Below, in pieces: positions 33,705 to 46,829 of a stretch of 64,000 bases of DNA. Under the pieces are notes generated by a model that saw only the letters and a program-made list of their open reading frames with translations, was not told the origin of the DNA and ran no database searches. Within the stretch, counting starts at the first letter, position 1; each line of letters begins with the position of its first letter. This DNA is from Octopus bimaculoides. Its lineage: Eukaryota. The stretch covers positions 40,471,801 through 40,535,800 of the forward strand of contig NC_068987.1 in assembly GCF_001194135.2 (NCBI RefSeq), written 5' to 3'. The translations under genes were made by a program, and so were the position numbers.

Positions 33705-34533
33705 CCAAAAAGTACTTTGCTTTATCTAGGTACCACCATTTTTGTTGATTTCTCTGAGCTGGAAAAAGAAATAAATTGTCATTCCTATTTGCCCTTTCTC
33801 CCTAAACTGTTTGTGAAGTATTTAAACAATTCAATGGTGAATACCCTATAACCACTAAAAGTGAATTGGTTGATTAGTTTAAATAGTTTACATGCAGCAT
33901 ATTCGCCCTTTCTCCCTAAACTGTTTGTAAAGTATTTAAACTATTCAATTTTAATGGTGTGTGTGAGAGTGTACACACACAAACACTTACATGTGTACAT
34001 TTCCTCTCTTATTTCTCTCTGAGTAGTAGGAAGAATATTAAAATTAGGATAATAATGAAGAACTAAGGAAGAAGCATCTTAAAGTTTCAAATTTTATTCA
34101 AGGAGTATGGTAAAGGATTTTCTTTCTTTTTTTTTTTTTGTATTATCAACAAATGTATTTCTGGAGTTTTCCTTCATCCATGTAAGTTTTCCTTAAATTC
34201 TCTATATAAGTTCATGAATTTGTTGTAGTTTCTGTTTTTTATATGGAAGATCTATGATAGAATCTTTATAGTAATACACCTTGAATGTTTAACACCATTA
34301 AAATTAAATAGTTTATGTAGAAAGGTGGAAATAGAAATTACATTGTATTTCTTGTTCTATCTCAGAAAAACCAACAAAAATGGTGGTGCTTAGATAAAAC
34401 AAATAACTTTTTGGTTTACTCAGATACATTAGCTGTGCCCCCTCCTTATGTATAATTGTTAGCTATGCTGCATGTAAACTATTTAAACTATTCAACCAAT
34501 TCACTTTTAGTGGTTACAGGGTATTCACCATTG
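33705..34533. repeat. Two interleaved inverted-repeat pairs (33705-33790/34325-34414 and 33832-33900/34465-34533) plus a ~45-bp direct duplication
   Basis: The 69-bp pair has only 2 mismatches. Direct repeat GCCCTTTCTCCCTAAACTGTTTG at ~33790 and ~33905. Confidence 0.8.
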
Positions 34534-34831
34534 TCCTTATAAAAAGAAAATAAAAATCCTGCCACACACTTCTGCATATGTAAAAAAAAATTCCATTTTG
34601 GTGAATTTACCTATAATTAGATTCACTTTGAGAAAAAAGATTATAATATATTTGAGAACCCTCTAAGTTCTGTTCCAGAAACCACATTCATATGTCATTA
34701 AATAAATTACAGTTGTTTTATGAAACTAGTCTAAGTTTGTGATTATTTTAGAATTATTTACAATTTAAATGAAACACATAGGTTTATTACAGCTAAAAAT
34801 ATAGTCTATACATCTTACTTAACATAAATAT

Positions 34832-35304
34832 TACTATAAGAAAACCACAAAACTCCAGTATTCATCTTGAGAAAACATCTCATAGATGTACAGTATTAAA
34901 AAGCACAGAAATATCAGTAGCAGATGAAGTGCAATCAGCAGCAGCAATGGAATTGCTAGATTCAGGATTTCTATGTATTTACACATCATTGGTAGCAAGT
35001 ATCCACAATCACTGCAGGGTTAGACAAATTTCACCCCTACTGATATAGAAAAAACAATGATTAACAAATCACTGGTGTTGCGAATAGCTGGCAGGCTGGG
35101 AAAAATTTATTAACAATAGAAGCAGTATTAGTTCAGAATAACAATCTTACTTACGTATTGTAAGAAAACTACAACACTGTGATATTCCACCACTACTGGA
35201 TGCTTTTCATCAGCTACTGATACTTCTGTGCTTTTTAGCACTACACATCTATACAAGATGCTTTCTCAAGATGAATACTGCAGTGTTGTGGCTTTCTTAT
35301 AGTA
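34832..35304. repeat. Fold-back element with ~125-bp inverted arms and ~225-bp spacer
   Basis: TACTATAAGAAA.CCACAA.ACT.CAGTATTCATCTTGAGAAA recurs as a reverse complement. Confidence 0.8.
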
Positions 35305-36666
35305 TATCCATGTTATGTAAGATACACAGATTGCTATTCTGAATTAAAACTGCTTCCCTAACTAATAACAAAGAAACAGAGTAATGAAAGGGCATAAATA
35401 AATTTGAGAAATTAAGAAAAACTTGCAAAGTTACACTAATGAAGGGAAGCCCAAAATGCATTACAGAAGATAAAAAAAACCATTAGTTATTCCATAAGTA
35501 AACTTAAACATTCTGAAATAAACTTGAAAAAAGTAGGGGTCTTTATCTTATTCATGCATAAAGTTTAATTTTTATTGTACAAGTTTTTTGTACAAGTAAT
35601 TACAATTAACTGTCCAGAAAAATAAACGGCATGGCTGAAAAAGTCATAAAAGGATAATTATACCCTAATTTGCATTCATGAAATGTTAACAATAAAGTTG
35701 GATCAAGAGGTTTTAATGGAACCAGACTGAGATGGTAGCTGCTATCAATTAGCATCAAACATCAGCAAGCAAATACCATCTTGATAGAAATTCAGGTGAC
35801 AGTTGTGAGAGCTAGCTATATGGCTGAAAAGAGATGACGAAACCTAGCTGGAGAGGTGATGTGTCGGGTGTGAGGCAGGTACCTGTTTGTTTGTATAGCA
35901 AGTCATACCTGCAAATTTCCACAATTTGAATGGTGATGATGATCCTGAAATTGACTTAAGATTGAATAAATCAGTTGACTCAGTAAGCAGAGCTTCACAT
36001 CAATGAGTGGAAGCTTGAGTATTGTAAAGCAGTTGAAAGGAATGCCCTAAAACAGTGCACATTCTCTCCTGATGACCTCTGAAACTTACTGGCATCTGGT
36101 ATGCAGATCTTTTGATTGGCTGCACTTGCACAAGCAAGCTGCTTCCACGTCAAATGTGTAATGTCCAATAATTATAAAGACTTGTTTGACAATAACCTCT
36201 CTACATATTCTATGATCTAGTGAGTCACATGCAACTTCCATCCAAGCCAAACACTAGCCACTCTTGCCCAAACATTCCTCCACAGAACATTATCCCACTA
36301 GTTTTCTCTTCTAGCTCATGTTTTTCACACAACTATTGACTAACAGATGTTCAAGTTGAAAATAAACTGTATCAATCTCATCAATCTTAAATGATCTGAA
36401 GGTCATGGGTTTGATCAGGTATGAGTATGCTATTTCCCTCATTGACTACAGAAGAAGAAAAAAACTAAAATAGAAAAACACTCCAAAGACTTTTGCACTG
36501 CAGTGAGTTGCTGATTATCATATGGTGGATATTAAAACACAATATTCTGTAGCATCAGAGTAGATCAAAGTTGTTGATTATCATGGGGAAAATATTTTTA
36601 AAAAAACTAAAAAAAATTATTTTTCTGTGATGCAGAGGCAGACAAAAGATAGAAGAATGTAAGACT

Positions 36667-37832
36667 GAAAGCCCATGGGAACTACTATATGCTGATGATC
36701 TTGCCCTCATGGCAGAATCTTTAACAGAATTAGAAAAGAAATTCCAAGTGTGGAAACAGAACCTAAAATCAAAAGGTTCTTAAAGTAAACTTAGCAAAGA
36801 TCAAGGCCCTATTAAGCAAGAAATTGGATAGGACCCTTCACCCATCTAGTAAATTGATATGTAGGAAGGGTGTAAGCAGATACTCCAGTCAGTGTAACCA
36901 GTGCAAGCTATGGACACAGGAGGTGCAGTGGAATAGTAGGAAGGCTAACAGAGAAAGTAGTGTTTGTATATGGAAGATGTACAGGAACCATAAAGACCAC
37001 AGATATATGAGACACTGATTTCCTTAAATGTCCCAGTGGCTTGCTGGAAGTTGTAGATAACTTCTGCTACCTAGGTTACCTAATTAGCAGTGGACAAGGT
37101 TGTATAGAAAGTGTAAGAATGGGAAAAGCTCATAGAGCTTTTACCTCTGTTGGCAACAAAAGGTCTCTTACTTTGGGTGAAGGGAAAATTATATGATACA
37201 TGTGCATGAACTGAGATGTTGCATGGTGGTGAGACATGGGTCTTGAACACAGAAGACATGTGAAGGTTGGAGAGGAACGAAGCTTATATGCTCTACTGGA
37301 TGTGCAATGCCAGTGTGCATGTACAAGAGAGCATTGGTGTATTGAGAGAAAAGTTGGGCACAGGTGGGATTATATGCAGTGTGCAAGAGAAGAGACTGTG
37401 CTGGTTGGGTCATTTGATGCAGATAGATGAGGACAGTTGCATAAAGAAGTAATCATTTAAAGTGAATGGAAGTTGTGAAAGAAGGAGACCCAGGAAGACA
37501 TGGGAAAAGCATTGAAGTATTAAGGAGATAACAGAGGACCAAGATATGTGGTGCATTGCTGTACTTGAGAAGACCTGCTTGCCATAGCAGAAATGAGATC
37601 CTAAAACCAAGGTGCCACATAAAAAGCATTGGTGTAGTAGCTGGTGCCACATAAAAAGCATTGGTGTAGTAGCTGGTGCCACATAAAAAGCATCCAGTAC
37701 ACTCTGTGGAGTGATTGACATAAGGAAGGGCTTCCAGCTGTAGAAACCAAACCAAAACAGACTATGGAACCTGGCGTTACCAGTTCCTGCCAAACCATCC
37801 AACCCATGGAAAACGGTTGTTAAATGACAATA

Positions 37833-37862
<30 letters not shown>
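36667..37862 (+). mobile_element. Decayed RTE 3' portion with (GAT)n tail and a 32-bp tandem repeat in the UTR (37605-37690)
   Basis: WELLYADDL, CNQCKLWT, RNEAYMLYWMCN, and the tail. Confidence 0.88.
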
Positions 37863-37864
<2 letters not shown>

Positions 37865-38348
37865 AATATAAAAGCTGAAGAAACAGTGTGCAGGGAGCCT
37901 GGCAAAGATTCCAAATGCGAAAGGCTTATAATATAAATTGAAAGGTAAATCAGTTACATTCATTCTTTTACAGGTTTAAAGCATTGGATTGTAGCACTGT
38001 GCTGGAGCATCACATTTAAGGACATGTATATAGTTGATTATGCTAATCCCAGTAGTATTTTGTATGGTACTTAATTTATCAATCTTGCAAACAGGGAAAG
38101 GCAAAGTTGATTAGGATGGGATTTGAACTCAGAAGGAAAAGAAGCTTAATCAAATATCTCAAGGTATAAGATAGGATGCTCTACTGTTCTACCAACCATC
38201 CATTGGGAATTTTATTAATAAGGAAAAGAAATGAAGGGAATAGCGAATAAAATAATAGTTTATTGTTATCAGAATCATTGTTTTACATTCCAGAACATTC
38301 ACTTGCCTCTGTGTGTATGTGTGTGTGTGTGTGTGTGTGCGTGCGTGC

Positions 38349-38391
<43 letters not shown>

Positions 38392-38599
38392 CAATTATTA
38401 TGTGCTTAAGAAGTTTCTTTCAGGTTCAGTTCGATTGCATTGCATCTTGTGTATGTCTTCTACTGTAGTCCTGAGCTTGAGTAGATTTTGTAGATGGAAA
38501 CTGAAAGAAGTCCAGTATATGTATGTGTCTGTGTGTGTACCTAGCATTAAAAAATATTAGTGAACACTCCTAAACCCTGCACAGAGGCAGGATGTTCAT

Positions 38600-39290
38600 G
38601 CAGGGTTAGCAATGTGAGTCCAGTGTGGGGAGATGCAACTCCAAAGGTAAAGTCAATGAGGCTGAGGTAGTGCTGGAAGTGTTGATAGCAATAGCAGCAA
38701 TAACACATCCGCTGGTAACAACAAAAGTGACAGCAATTGCGGTAGCAACACCAGCAGCAATAGCTACAGCAACAATAGCAACAACTACAAAAGTAACAAT
38801 AGCACCAGCAATGTACCTGACAGTAGAAGCAACAATGGCAGAAACTACAGCACCAGCATCATGTCCAGCAATAACAGGAACAGCAACACCAGCAATGTAT
38901 CCAGCAGTGACAACAGTAATGGCAGTAACAAGAGCAACAGCAGCAAATAACAACAGTAACAACAGCAGCTGTAACACTAGTACAAGGGCACAGACATAGC
39001 AATGTCAGATCTACAGAAAATCCATTCAAGCATCATCTTAACAATCACAGGTCCTCTTTTAGGATACCAGAGAGGTACAACATTATGTCCCTGGCCAGCT
39101 ATGTATGGTGTTTAAAAGAGGAAGGTACACCATACATATTTAAATGGAAGCTCCTAGAACAACCAGAACCATGCCTCAATAGGAGCAAACAATGTAAGTT
39201 TCACTCAGCTAAGAGAGCAAGAATCTTGAAAAACTTGCTTGGTCTGGGGACCTTCTTAAACTCCAAAAACATTTAGCCAGTGCCTTCATC
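38600..39290 (+). mobile_element. PLE GIY-YIG C-terminal fragment preceded by a (CAG/CAA)-rich low-complexity tract
   Basis: NNHRSSFR..SLASYVWCLKEEGTPYIFKWKLLE..NRSKQC..LNSK resembles the Nematis-type GIY-YIG tail. A minus-strand hammerhead relic lies at 39262-39295. Confidence 0.65.
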
Positions 39291-39669
39291 AGAGGAAATT
39301 TGTGTTTGCAAACATGGAATTCCTCCAATTTCCTGACACGGGAAAAGTAGTTGACTATATGTTGACCCATCTTAGATGCAAATGGAACTGGTCTAACAGA
39401 GATAACACCAACCTACTCACATTTATTGCCAGTAGAATTTCATTCCAGAATATTTTGTTTGCCAAATTTACTAACCATGATGCATTCCTCCATCCAGTTT
39501 CAGGGAGGTCATGTACCTCAGGCCGATGAGTCAAATGAGTCACCTATACAGCTAAGTGCTTTATAGGTGTGAAACCAATGGTTACTCTCTGACCAGCCAT
39601 AACAAACAACCCTATAAGTATATATGTATGTGTGTGTGTGGTAGTTGTAAATGGATTTTTCTTTTTCTT

Positions 39670-40205
39670 TATAATGTTTCACTCATTAGACTATGGTCAT
39701 GTTGGAGCACTACCTTGAAGGGTTTAGTTGAACAAATCAACCCCAATACTTTTTTTTAAAATCTGGTACTTATTCTATAAGTCTCTTTTTGCCAAACTGC
39801 TAACTTACAGAGATATAAACAAACCAACACTGGTAGTGATGGACAAACAGACACGCACACAAGCATGCACACATGCACACACATACACAATGGGCTTCTT
39901 TCAGTTTTCATCTACCAAATCCACTTGCAAGGATTTGGTTAGCCTGAGACTATAGTAGAAGATGCATGCCTAAGTGTTATATAGTGGAACCATGTGGCTG
40001 GGAAGCAAACTTCTTACCACACAGCCAAGCCTTTGTTTCCAATACTTTGTAAAACATGCCTGGCCATGGTGAAATATTACCCTGCTTGGAAACAGATGAA
40101 GGTTGATGTCAAGAAGGGCATCTGACCATAGAAACTCTACCTCAAAATATTCTATCAGACCCATGTAGGCTTGGAAAAGTGAATGTTAAAACTATGATGA
40201 TGATG
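39670..40205. mobile_element. Decayed composite SINE (39670-40025, -) followed by an RTE-tailed SINE fragment (40030-40205, +)
   Basis: Homology to 58591-59023. The second part is the reverse complement of 33220-33330 and ends in (GAT)n. Confidence 0.65.
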
Positions 40206-41015
40206 ATTCCCCATAATATATATGAAGCTTATTATTGCAGAGACCAGTAGGGTACAGATATACAATACATAAAACAATAAATGTTGTATGCATAGTGGGG
40301 AGGGAGCACCATTCTAGTGGTCAGCCCAGAGTGTATGTACATGAATTATGATACATAAAATTGAGGACTCATTACTAAACATAATAAACAATTTTATTTC
40401 TCAGGAAATATCATGTTTTATAGCCAGAATATCAGTGAAGGTACATCTTCAGGGTTGTTTTATCTGTTAGAAACAACAAGCAAATCTTTCTCTCTCACTC
40501 TCAAATCTCATTTCCACCAACTTTAAAATGCTCCAACATTGTCTGACTTGTATAAGCACAGGAAAGTAATGATGATGATTATGATATATACTCATACATT
40601 ATTCTTAATATTGTTTTCATTAATTTTTTCATGCATTCCTGGACTAATAAGTATCTTTTACTGAAAGAATCAGTTTTACAACAGGATGCCATTCAACTTG
40701 GAAGTGGGTGTGGACCTCATAATATAGTGTTGAGTCAAAAGTTTTGCAATATTTTTATAACATATTTGCTTTATTTGTCAAGTTACAACAAAAGCAGCCT
40801 AGCATCTAAAGTAGAGACCATTATGTTGCACTGTCTGAAGCCACCTTTCTGCCTCTCCATGCCTTGCACAAGTGCCCCATACAAGGTTAATCACAAGATT
40901 CAAACTTATGTCTTCTGAGCAGGTTGTCCAATACCTTAAACACTGCTTCTGTACAAAAAGATTAAAGACTTTAAACATTAAAGGAGCCACAGTACACTCT
41001 CACACACACATACAC

Positions 41016-41048
<33 letters not shown>

Positions 41049-41063
41049 NNNNNNNNNNCACAC

Positions 41064-41107
<44 letters not shown>

Positions 41108-41395
41108 ACAAAAAACATAACATCACATTACAAACACAAGATAATGGAAGGAGCTTCCATGTAGTCCAACACATTAGAAATAACAGTGAAACCAATGTCA
41201 AATTACCCCATACTTCTTGAAAAAAAGCAAAACAAAAAAATGAGAGAGATAATTTGGAAGCTGTAATCCTTGGAAGGAAACAATGAACATGGCTGGAATA
41301 GTAGTAATCTTAGGTCTGTTCAGTTAGAGCCATACTAGTGTTTAGCACATTCAATATAATACCAGTTGTTGAAATATAAAAAAGAATTATTTTAC

Positions 41396-41480
41396 CTGAT
41401 GAGATCTGCAAACAGATCTTCTGCATATATGACGACCTTGACTCTCCCAGGATTGTCTTGATTTATATCTCTTCTGGTAC
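41396..41480 (-). CDS. SLC1A: 85-nt exon of the same SLC1A/EAAT gene: (G)TRRDINQDNPGRVKVVIYAEDLFADLI(R)
   Basis: Acceptor ..CATTGTAG, donor ATCAG|GTAAAA. Ends in phase 2 (AG|A = Arg) and joins the 43-nt exon in frame across an 8698-bp intron, giving DLFADLIR-NIFPDN (EAAT DLIRN motif). Confidence 0.85.
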
Positions 41481-41593
41481 CTACAATGCGATATATACAC
41501 TACAGTATAGCATATATTACTTATGTTGACAAATATACAGTATAGTTAAAAAAAATTTATTTGCACTGTGTACAGCAAGATCTGGAATGATTA

Positions 41594-42110
41594 TTTGCAT
41601 ATGTATTTTTAATATGTCCAGACAGGTTCAGATGCAAAATATGCTGGTTGCTGTAGTGTATGTCATAAGAGGATAACTTCTCTCTCTTACAAGTGTATTC
41701 AACACATTTGGCTCATTGGTGCACAGGATTTTGGGACACCAGTGTTTTGACATGTTGTGTTGCATAAGTCAGAAGCACCTGGACCTTTGAACCTAAACCT
41801 ACAGATTTTGCTGTACATGATACAAATAATATTTTATCAGTTGGCAGATATTAAGCACCAATCAGCACTTTATTCACTGCAAGTATAAACAAAACCAGCT
41901 TGGTTTAGGCTCAGAGGTTTGGGTGCTTAAGACTCATGAGACACAAGATGTCGAAACACTGGTATCCCGGAATCCCATGTACCAACAAGCCAAGTGTTTC
42001 AAAAACAATGTTGTTGTAAAAGATAAGATATTTTCCTATGATGTACACCACAGCAACCAGCATATTTTGCATCTGAACCTGCCTAGACATATTAAGAATA
42101 TATATGCAAT
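41594..42110. repeat. Fold-back element with ~205-bp inverted arms (41594-41799 / 41902-42110)
   Basis: CAGGTTCAGATGCAAAATATGCTGGTTGCTGT is exact in both arms; roughly 75-80% overall by eye. Confidence 0.85.
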
Positions 42111-42173
42111 TAATTGATACAGTATAGTATATACTATATAGACATACATACATTATATATACAATATAGTATA

Positions 42174-43135
42174 CAGGGTGTTTAGGCTAGATTTGACAGT
42201 TTGCATAAAAGGAAAAGAAAATACAATTTCCCACACAAAAATTAAAGTATTTAAAAAAAAATTCAAAAAATATCAACTAGATTACAGCTGGGAGATAGCA
42301 GCTTACTCAAAGTCTTCCACCATGGCCTCAAGAATCTGATGTATGCCTTCCTCACTGTATCCCTGGGAAGATCTTTGAACACATCCTTGATCTTGGCCAC
42401 CAGCTCAGCCCTTGTGTTGCAGGATTACTATCCTTGCTCTGATCTCCCATCACCTTGTCCTACAGTTGTTGGATGAATTCAAATGTCCAGACACAGTCAG
42501 ATTATCTGCTGTGGCCATTCCTGCTAGTCATGCTTTCTCCAATATACTGATAGTCAACATTTGCCTGCCATACCAGAAGCAGTAAAAGATTGTAATCATT
42601 GATAAATTTTTCAGATGATTTTTTTTTTTTTTGAAGTTGATAAAACTTTTAACACCTATTCCATTTCTTCTTAATTTGACACTTTTAGCATCAGTGAAGA
42701 AACTGAATCTTCCTTCGGCCTTAGGAAAGCCAAACTGACATTTTCTGACCACATTTCTTCATCCTTTTCCATAAATTCTCCAGCAAGCTTTGCTGCATGA
42801 ATGCATTTGAAAATGACTGGCCAAATTGTAATGTGTGAGGCTAGACAATGAACATGACAATCTGCAAGCAATATAATGTTCTATAATTTTGGGAATTTTT
42901 TCTGGAGAATTTTTGTCATCAACAGGTACTTGATCCACTCAAATTTTCATATGAACCTGAGAGGACTTTCTTTGTTAATACTCTACTCTCCAAAATTTAT
43001 GTGTGATGTTGCCAAAAATTGGATTGTCTCTTTTTTATCAAAAACACTTTATTCATTATAGCTTGTAATCAGTGACAAAAATATTCACCAACATCATTTA
43101 CACACAAAGTGCTTGTTTTGACAGTTTGCATGTAT
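42174..43135 (-). mobile_element. Decayed Tc1/mariner-superfamily element
   Basis: TA-CAGGGTG end. NTRAELVAKIKDVFKDLP is similar to the C-terminus at 48700-48860. FFTD (FSDE-like) remnant. Confidence 0.55.
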
Positions 43136-43373
43136 ATATTTTTATGAACAAACCTTGAAGAACTGAGTGAGTATTTTACAGAATAGAATCTTAAACACAC
43201 AATAGCAGAGAAAACAGCTTAGAAGATTGAGTAAATACCCTTATAAGACACAAAAGTGACCAGCAAGCCATAACAGAGAATCAAGCCCTGTACCTCTAAA
43301 ATTTTGGCTAAGTTCTCAGTGCCATGAAGCTAAGTGACCCCCTGATATTAGATACCATCTTGTATAATGCTAA

Positions 43374-46197
43374 CCATCATCATCAAGATCCTTTAACTGA
43401 TGCAGCCAGTCGTTGGGGTTCACTCTAGACACTTTAATAGTCAGCTGTCACTACTGGTCTATGTCCTCTCATGCATAACAGGTTTACTATGTTGTGACCT
43501 GTCCAGTCTTTGATGCTGTCAAACCAGGTTTTCTGTCTGCCTTTCTTTCACCCTCCTTCAGCTGTGCCTTGAAAAACGGTTCTGGGCAGGGAGTTGCAGG
43601 CAGTATACATGACCTTCCCAGGCAAGCTTTTGCCTTTTTACCTGTACAAGAAGTGGTTCCTGCCTGTCAGCGTATTCATTGATTTGCTGACTGACAAAGC
43701 AATTTTTGTGTTCTTTGTACAGGATGTGTAATAGCCTTCTGAAGCACTTATGCTTAAATACCTGAATTATTCACTTCATGTCAGCTGTAAGAGTCCAGCT
43801 CTCACACCCATACAGAAGGATCAATGTCACCAGGGTCTTGTATACTGAGTCTTGTTGGAAAACTAATGGAATTGCTTTTCCATATGGAGTTCAGCCTCAT
43901 CATGGCAGCAGAGGCTAAATTGAGTCTTGTTGTTATCTCCTTTTGAGATCTGCCATCCTTGGTCAAAGTGGATCCTAAGTACTTGAAGGTATCCACCTCC
44001 TTAAGTCTCTTTCTGTTTACCATGATGTTTGTTGCTATGTTTTGGCTGCTACTATTAACCAGGATTTTGCTCTTTTCTGGGCTGATCTCCATCTGTATGC
44101 TCCTGATACTTTTTCCAGTCTGGGGGTGAGCTCCTGTAGTTCTGCTTTTTAACAGGTCAATATCATCAGCAATGTGCAGGTTGGAAAATGGCCATTCTCC
44201 AATGGAAATGGAGGGATGGAGGTCTTCAAGTGTTTCCTGCATGATGTTCTCCAAGAAGATGTTAAAAAGCACTGGAAAGAGGGCATAGCCTTTTTGAACA
44301 CCCACTGGTGTCCTTAAGAATTCTCCAATGTTGTTCAGAACTGCACTGCTTGAGTTTTCATTACTTCAATGTTGTTGTCAAAGTTGTAATTTTCCATTAC
44401 ATGACACAACCCATTGTGCCAAACATGGTCAAAGCCTTTTTTGAAGTGATGAAGTTGTGGAAGGATGGAGGAACTTACAAACTTTATAGGTATGCCAGGA
44501 ATATCAAAGGGCTAGTTGAAGTTAGTGGACTGGATTTGGTCACACAGCAACAGAAGGCCACAAACTGTGATATAGTGGAAATGACATCAAGCATGAACAT
44601 GGAGTGGGCTTCAATGTTAACAAAGTAAGAGTAAGTTCAGTCATCAGCTGTACAACAGCATCCAGCAGGCTCATCACCATACGTGGCTGCAAGACTACTG
44701 AATATTACCATCATACAAATGGTGTCATTGTACCAATGACAATTAATATACCAAAGCTTGATGGTGCCATTGAGAAATTCTATGAAGACCTGAAGAGAAT
44801 CACCAAGGCAGCTCCTAAAAGAGATGTTCTCAATGTCCTAAGAGACTGAAACACCAAAGTAGGCCTGGATACATATGACTAATTGGCTGGGACAGTAGGA
44901 CAATTCAGGATCAGAAAAACCAACCATCATGGACGGTGACTCCTAGAATTTGCTAGCAAGCACAAGCTGACATTGTTCCCACACAGAACAACATGGTATG
45001 CACCCAATGGCAAGTATCCCAACCAAATTGACTTCATCCTTGCACATTAAAAGTTCAAGTTCAGCATTAAGAAGGTTAGAATGAGGACTTTCCTTGGTGA
45101 TGACAATGAAGCTCAAACTGAAAAGGGTCCACAAGAAAAGAGACACATGTATTAGATTTGAGGTAGACAAACTAAAAGATTGCATCAGAGTTTGAAACGA
45201 AAGTGGGTGGCAGGTTTGCAGCCCTTAACCTTCTGGAAGATGATATAAACTCCCAGACTGAAAATATCAAGGAAGCACTTCAGAAAATGGTTCTAGAAGT
45301 CTTAAGGAGAGAAAGAAAGAAAAAGAAACCATGGGTCACTGACTGATGACATGTTGGATCTATGTGATTTAAGACAGGCTCTGAGGAAAACCAAGCTAAT
45401 AGATCAAGAGGCAAGTCAGCAATACAATGCTGTGAATAGGAAGGTTAGGAAGAAAATGAGGGAAAGCCAAAGAGGAATGGATAACAGACTAGTGCAAAAT
45501 AATCGAAGCTGGGACAAAGAAGGGCAACCACCCTAACGAAAACAAAGAAACACACTACCAATATCATTCAGAACAAAACAAGCCAGCTTCTCACATAAGA
45601 ATGATGTCATCAAAAGATGAGTAATGCAAATACCTTTACAATCACAAATTCAAACATGACAGCAACATACAAGACAATCCCTCCTCCTCTTCCAATAACA
45701 ACAACAACAGCAGCAGCAACAACAGAGAACTTGGGGATACTCCAATTCTCCAGAAGGAGGTCAGAGAGGTAATGCGCATGCTCAAAGATGGGAAATCTTC
45801 AAGAGTGAATAACATCTTATCAGAGCTCCTAAAACACAGAAAGCCAAAGCTTGTCAAGACACTAACAGTTATCTGTCAGAAGAAATGGAAGATGAAACAG
45901 TGACCAAAGGAGTGGACCCAGTTACTGATGATATCCATTCCAAAGGAAGGCAACTTTAAGACTCTGCCAGAATTACAGAACAATCAGCCTAATTAGCCAC
46001 CCTGGCAAAATATTGCTAAGAGTTCTGCTTAATAGGCAGAAGGGGAAGGCAGAAGAAATCCTTGCAGAAGAACAGGCAGGTTTTAGGCCTCAAAGGAATA
46101 CTGTGGAGCAGATATTAAACACTAGATTGTTCACTGAGAAACATCTGCAACACCAAACTGATCTCTATCAAAATTTCATTGACTTCAAAAAGGCCTT
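43374..46197 (-). mobile_element. RTE (BovB-like family) insertion with inverted 5' segment (twin-priming architecture)
   Basis: 11-bp TSD TATAATGCTAA at 43363-43373 and 46198-46208. 43374-~44465 (-) is the tail plus RT from HNF(ID)FKKAF onward. ~44471-46197 (+) runs from the APE start to YQNFIDFKKAF. Confidence 0.88.
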
Positions 46198-46829
46198 TAT
46201 AATGCTAAATATATTAAAATGACAAAAATATATTGATTTATTAAAATGATCACATTTTTTGCATCACTTAAAGTCACACCACTTTTTCTGTAGCAAATAT
46301 TTTTTTGACAAGGTTTTCACCATAAGATCCCTCTCATAGTGCACTTTCATGGGAAAACAACTACTGTATAGTGTTATTTCATAATAGCTGAGATAGTTTG
46401 ATTCAAAATCAATTTTGAGGGTTATTCACCCATATTTTTCGTCACTTAAAGCCTTACTACTTTTATCATACCTAATAATTTTTAACACAATTTTCGCCGA
46501 AAGATTCTTCTCATTGAGCACATTCTTTGAAACCCAATTAACCTATACTTTCATTTTAAAAGGCCTGAGATATTTTGATTCAAAGTCAATTTTTCACCTT
46601 ACTCTCCCAATTTTGACCTCACATATTTTGATCTAGCATTTTTTCTAATGAACAAAATTTCAATTATTTTATCTCCAAATGTAGCTTAAGACTGAACCAT
46701 CACTACCAAAAAAAAAAAAAAAAAAAAAAAAAAAACTGAATTAATGATGAAATCTAGAAATACTCAAGAGTAACTAAAAGTTGACCTTAAGAATATATTC
46801 ATCCATTGCTAAGTGTGAATGATATATAT

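Noticed and set aside
38606-38977. Hydrophobic 123-aa ORF as a membrane protein or transporter exon
   Set aside because: It is the antisense reading of a CAG/CAA low-complexity tract and has no SLC1A motif.
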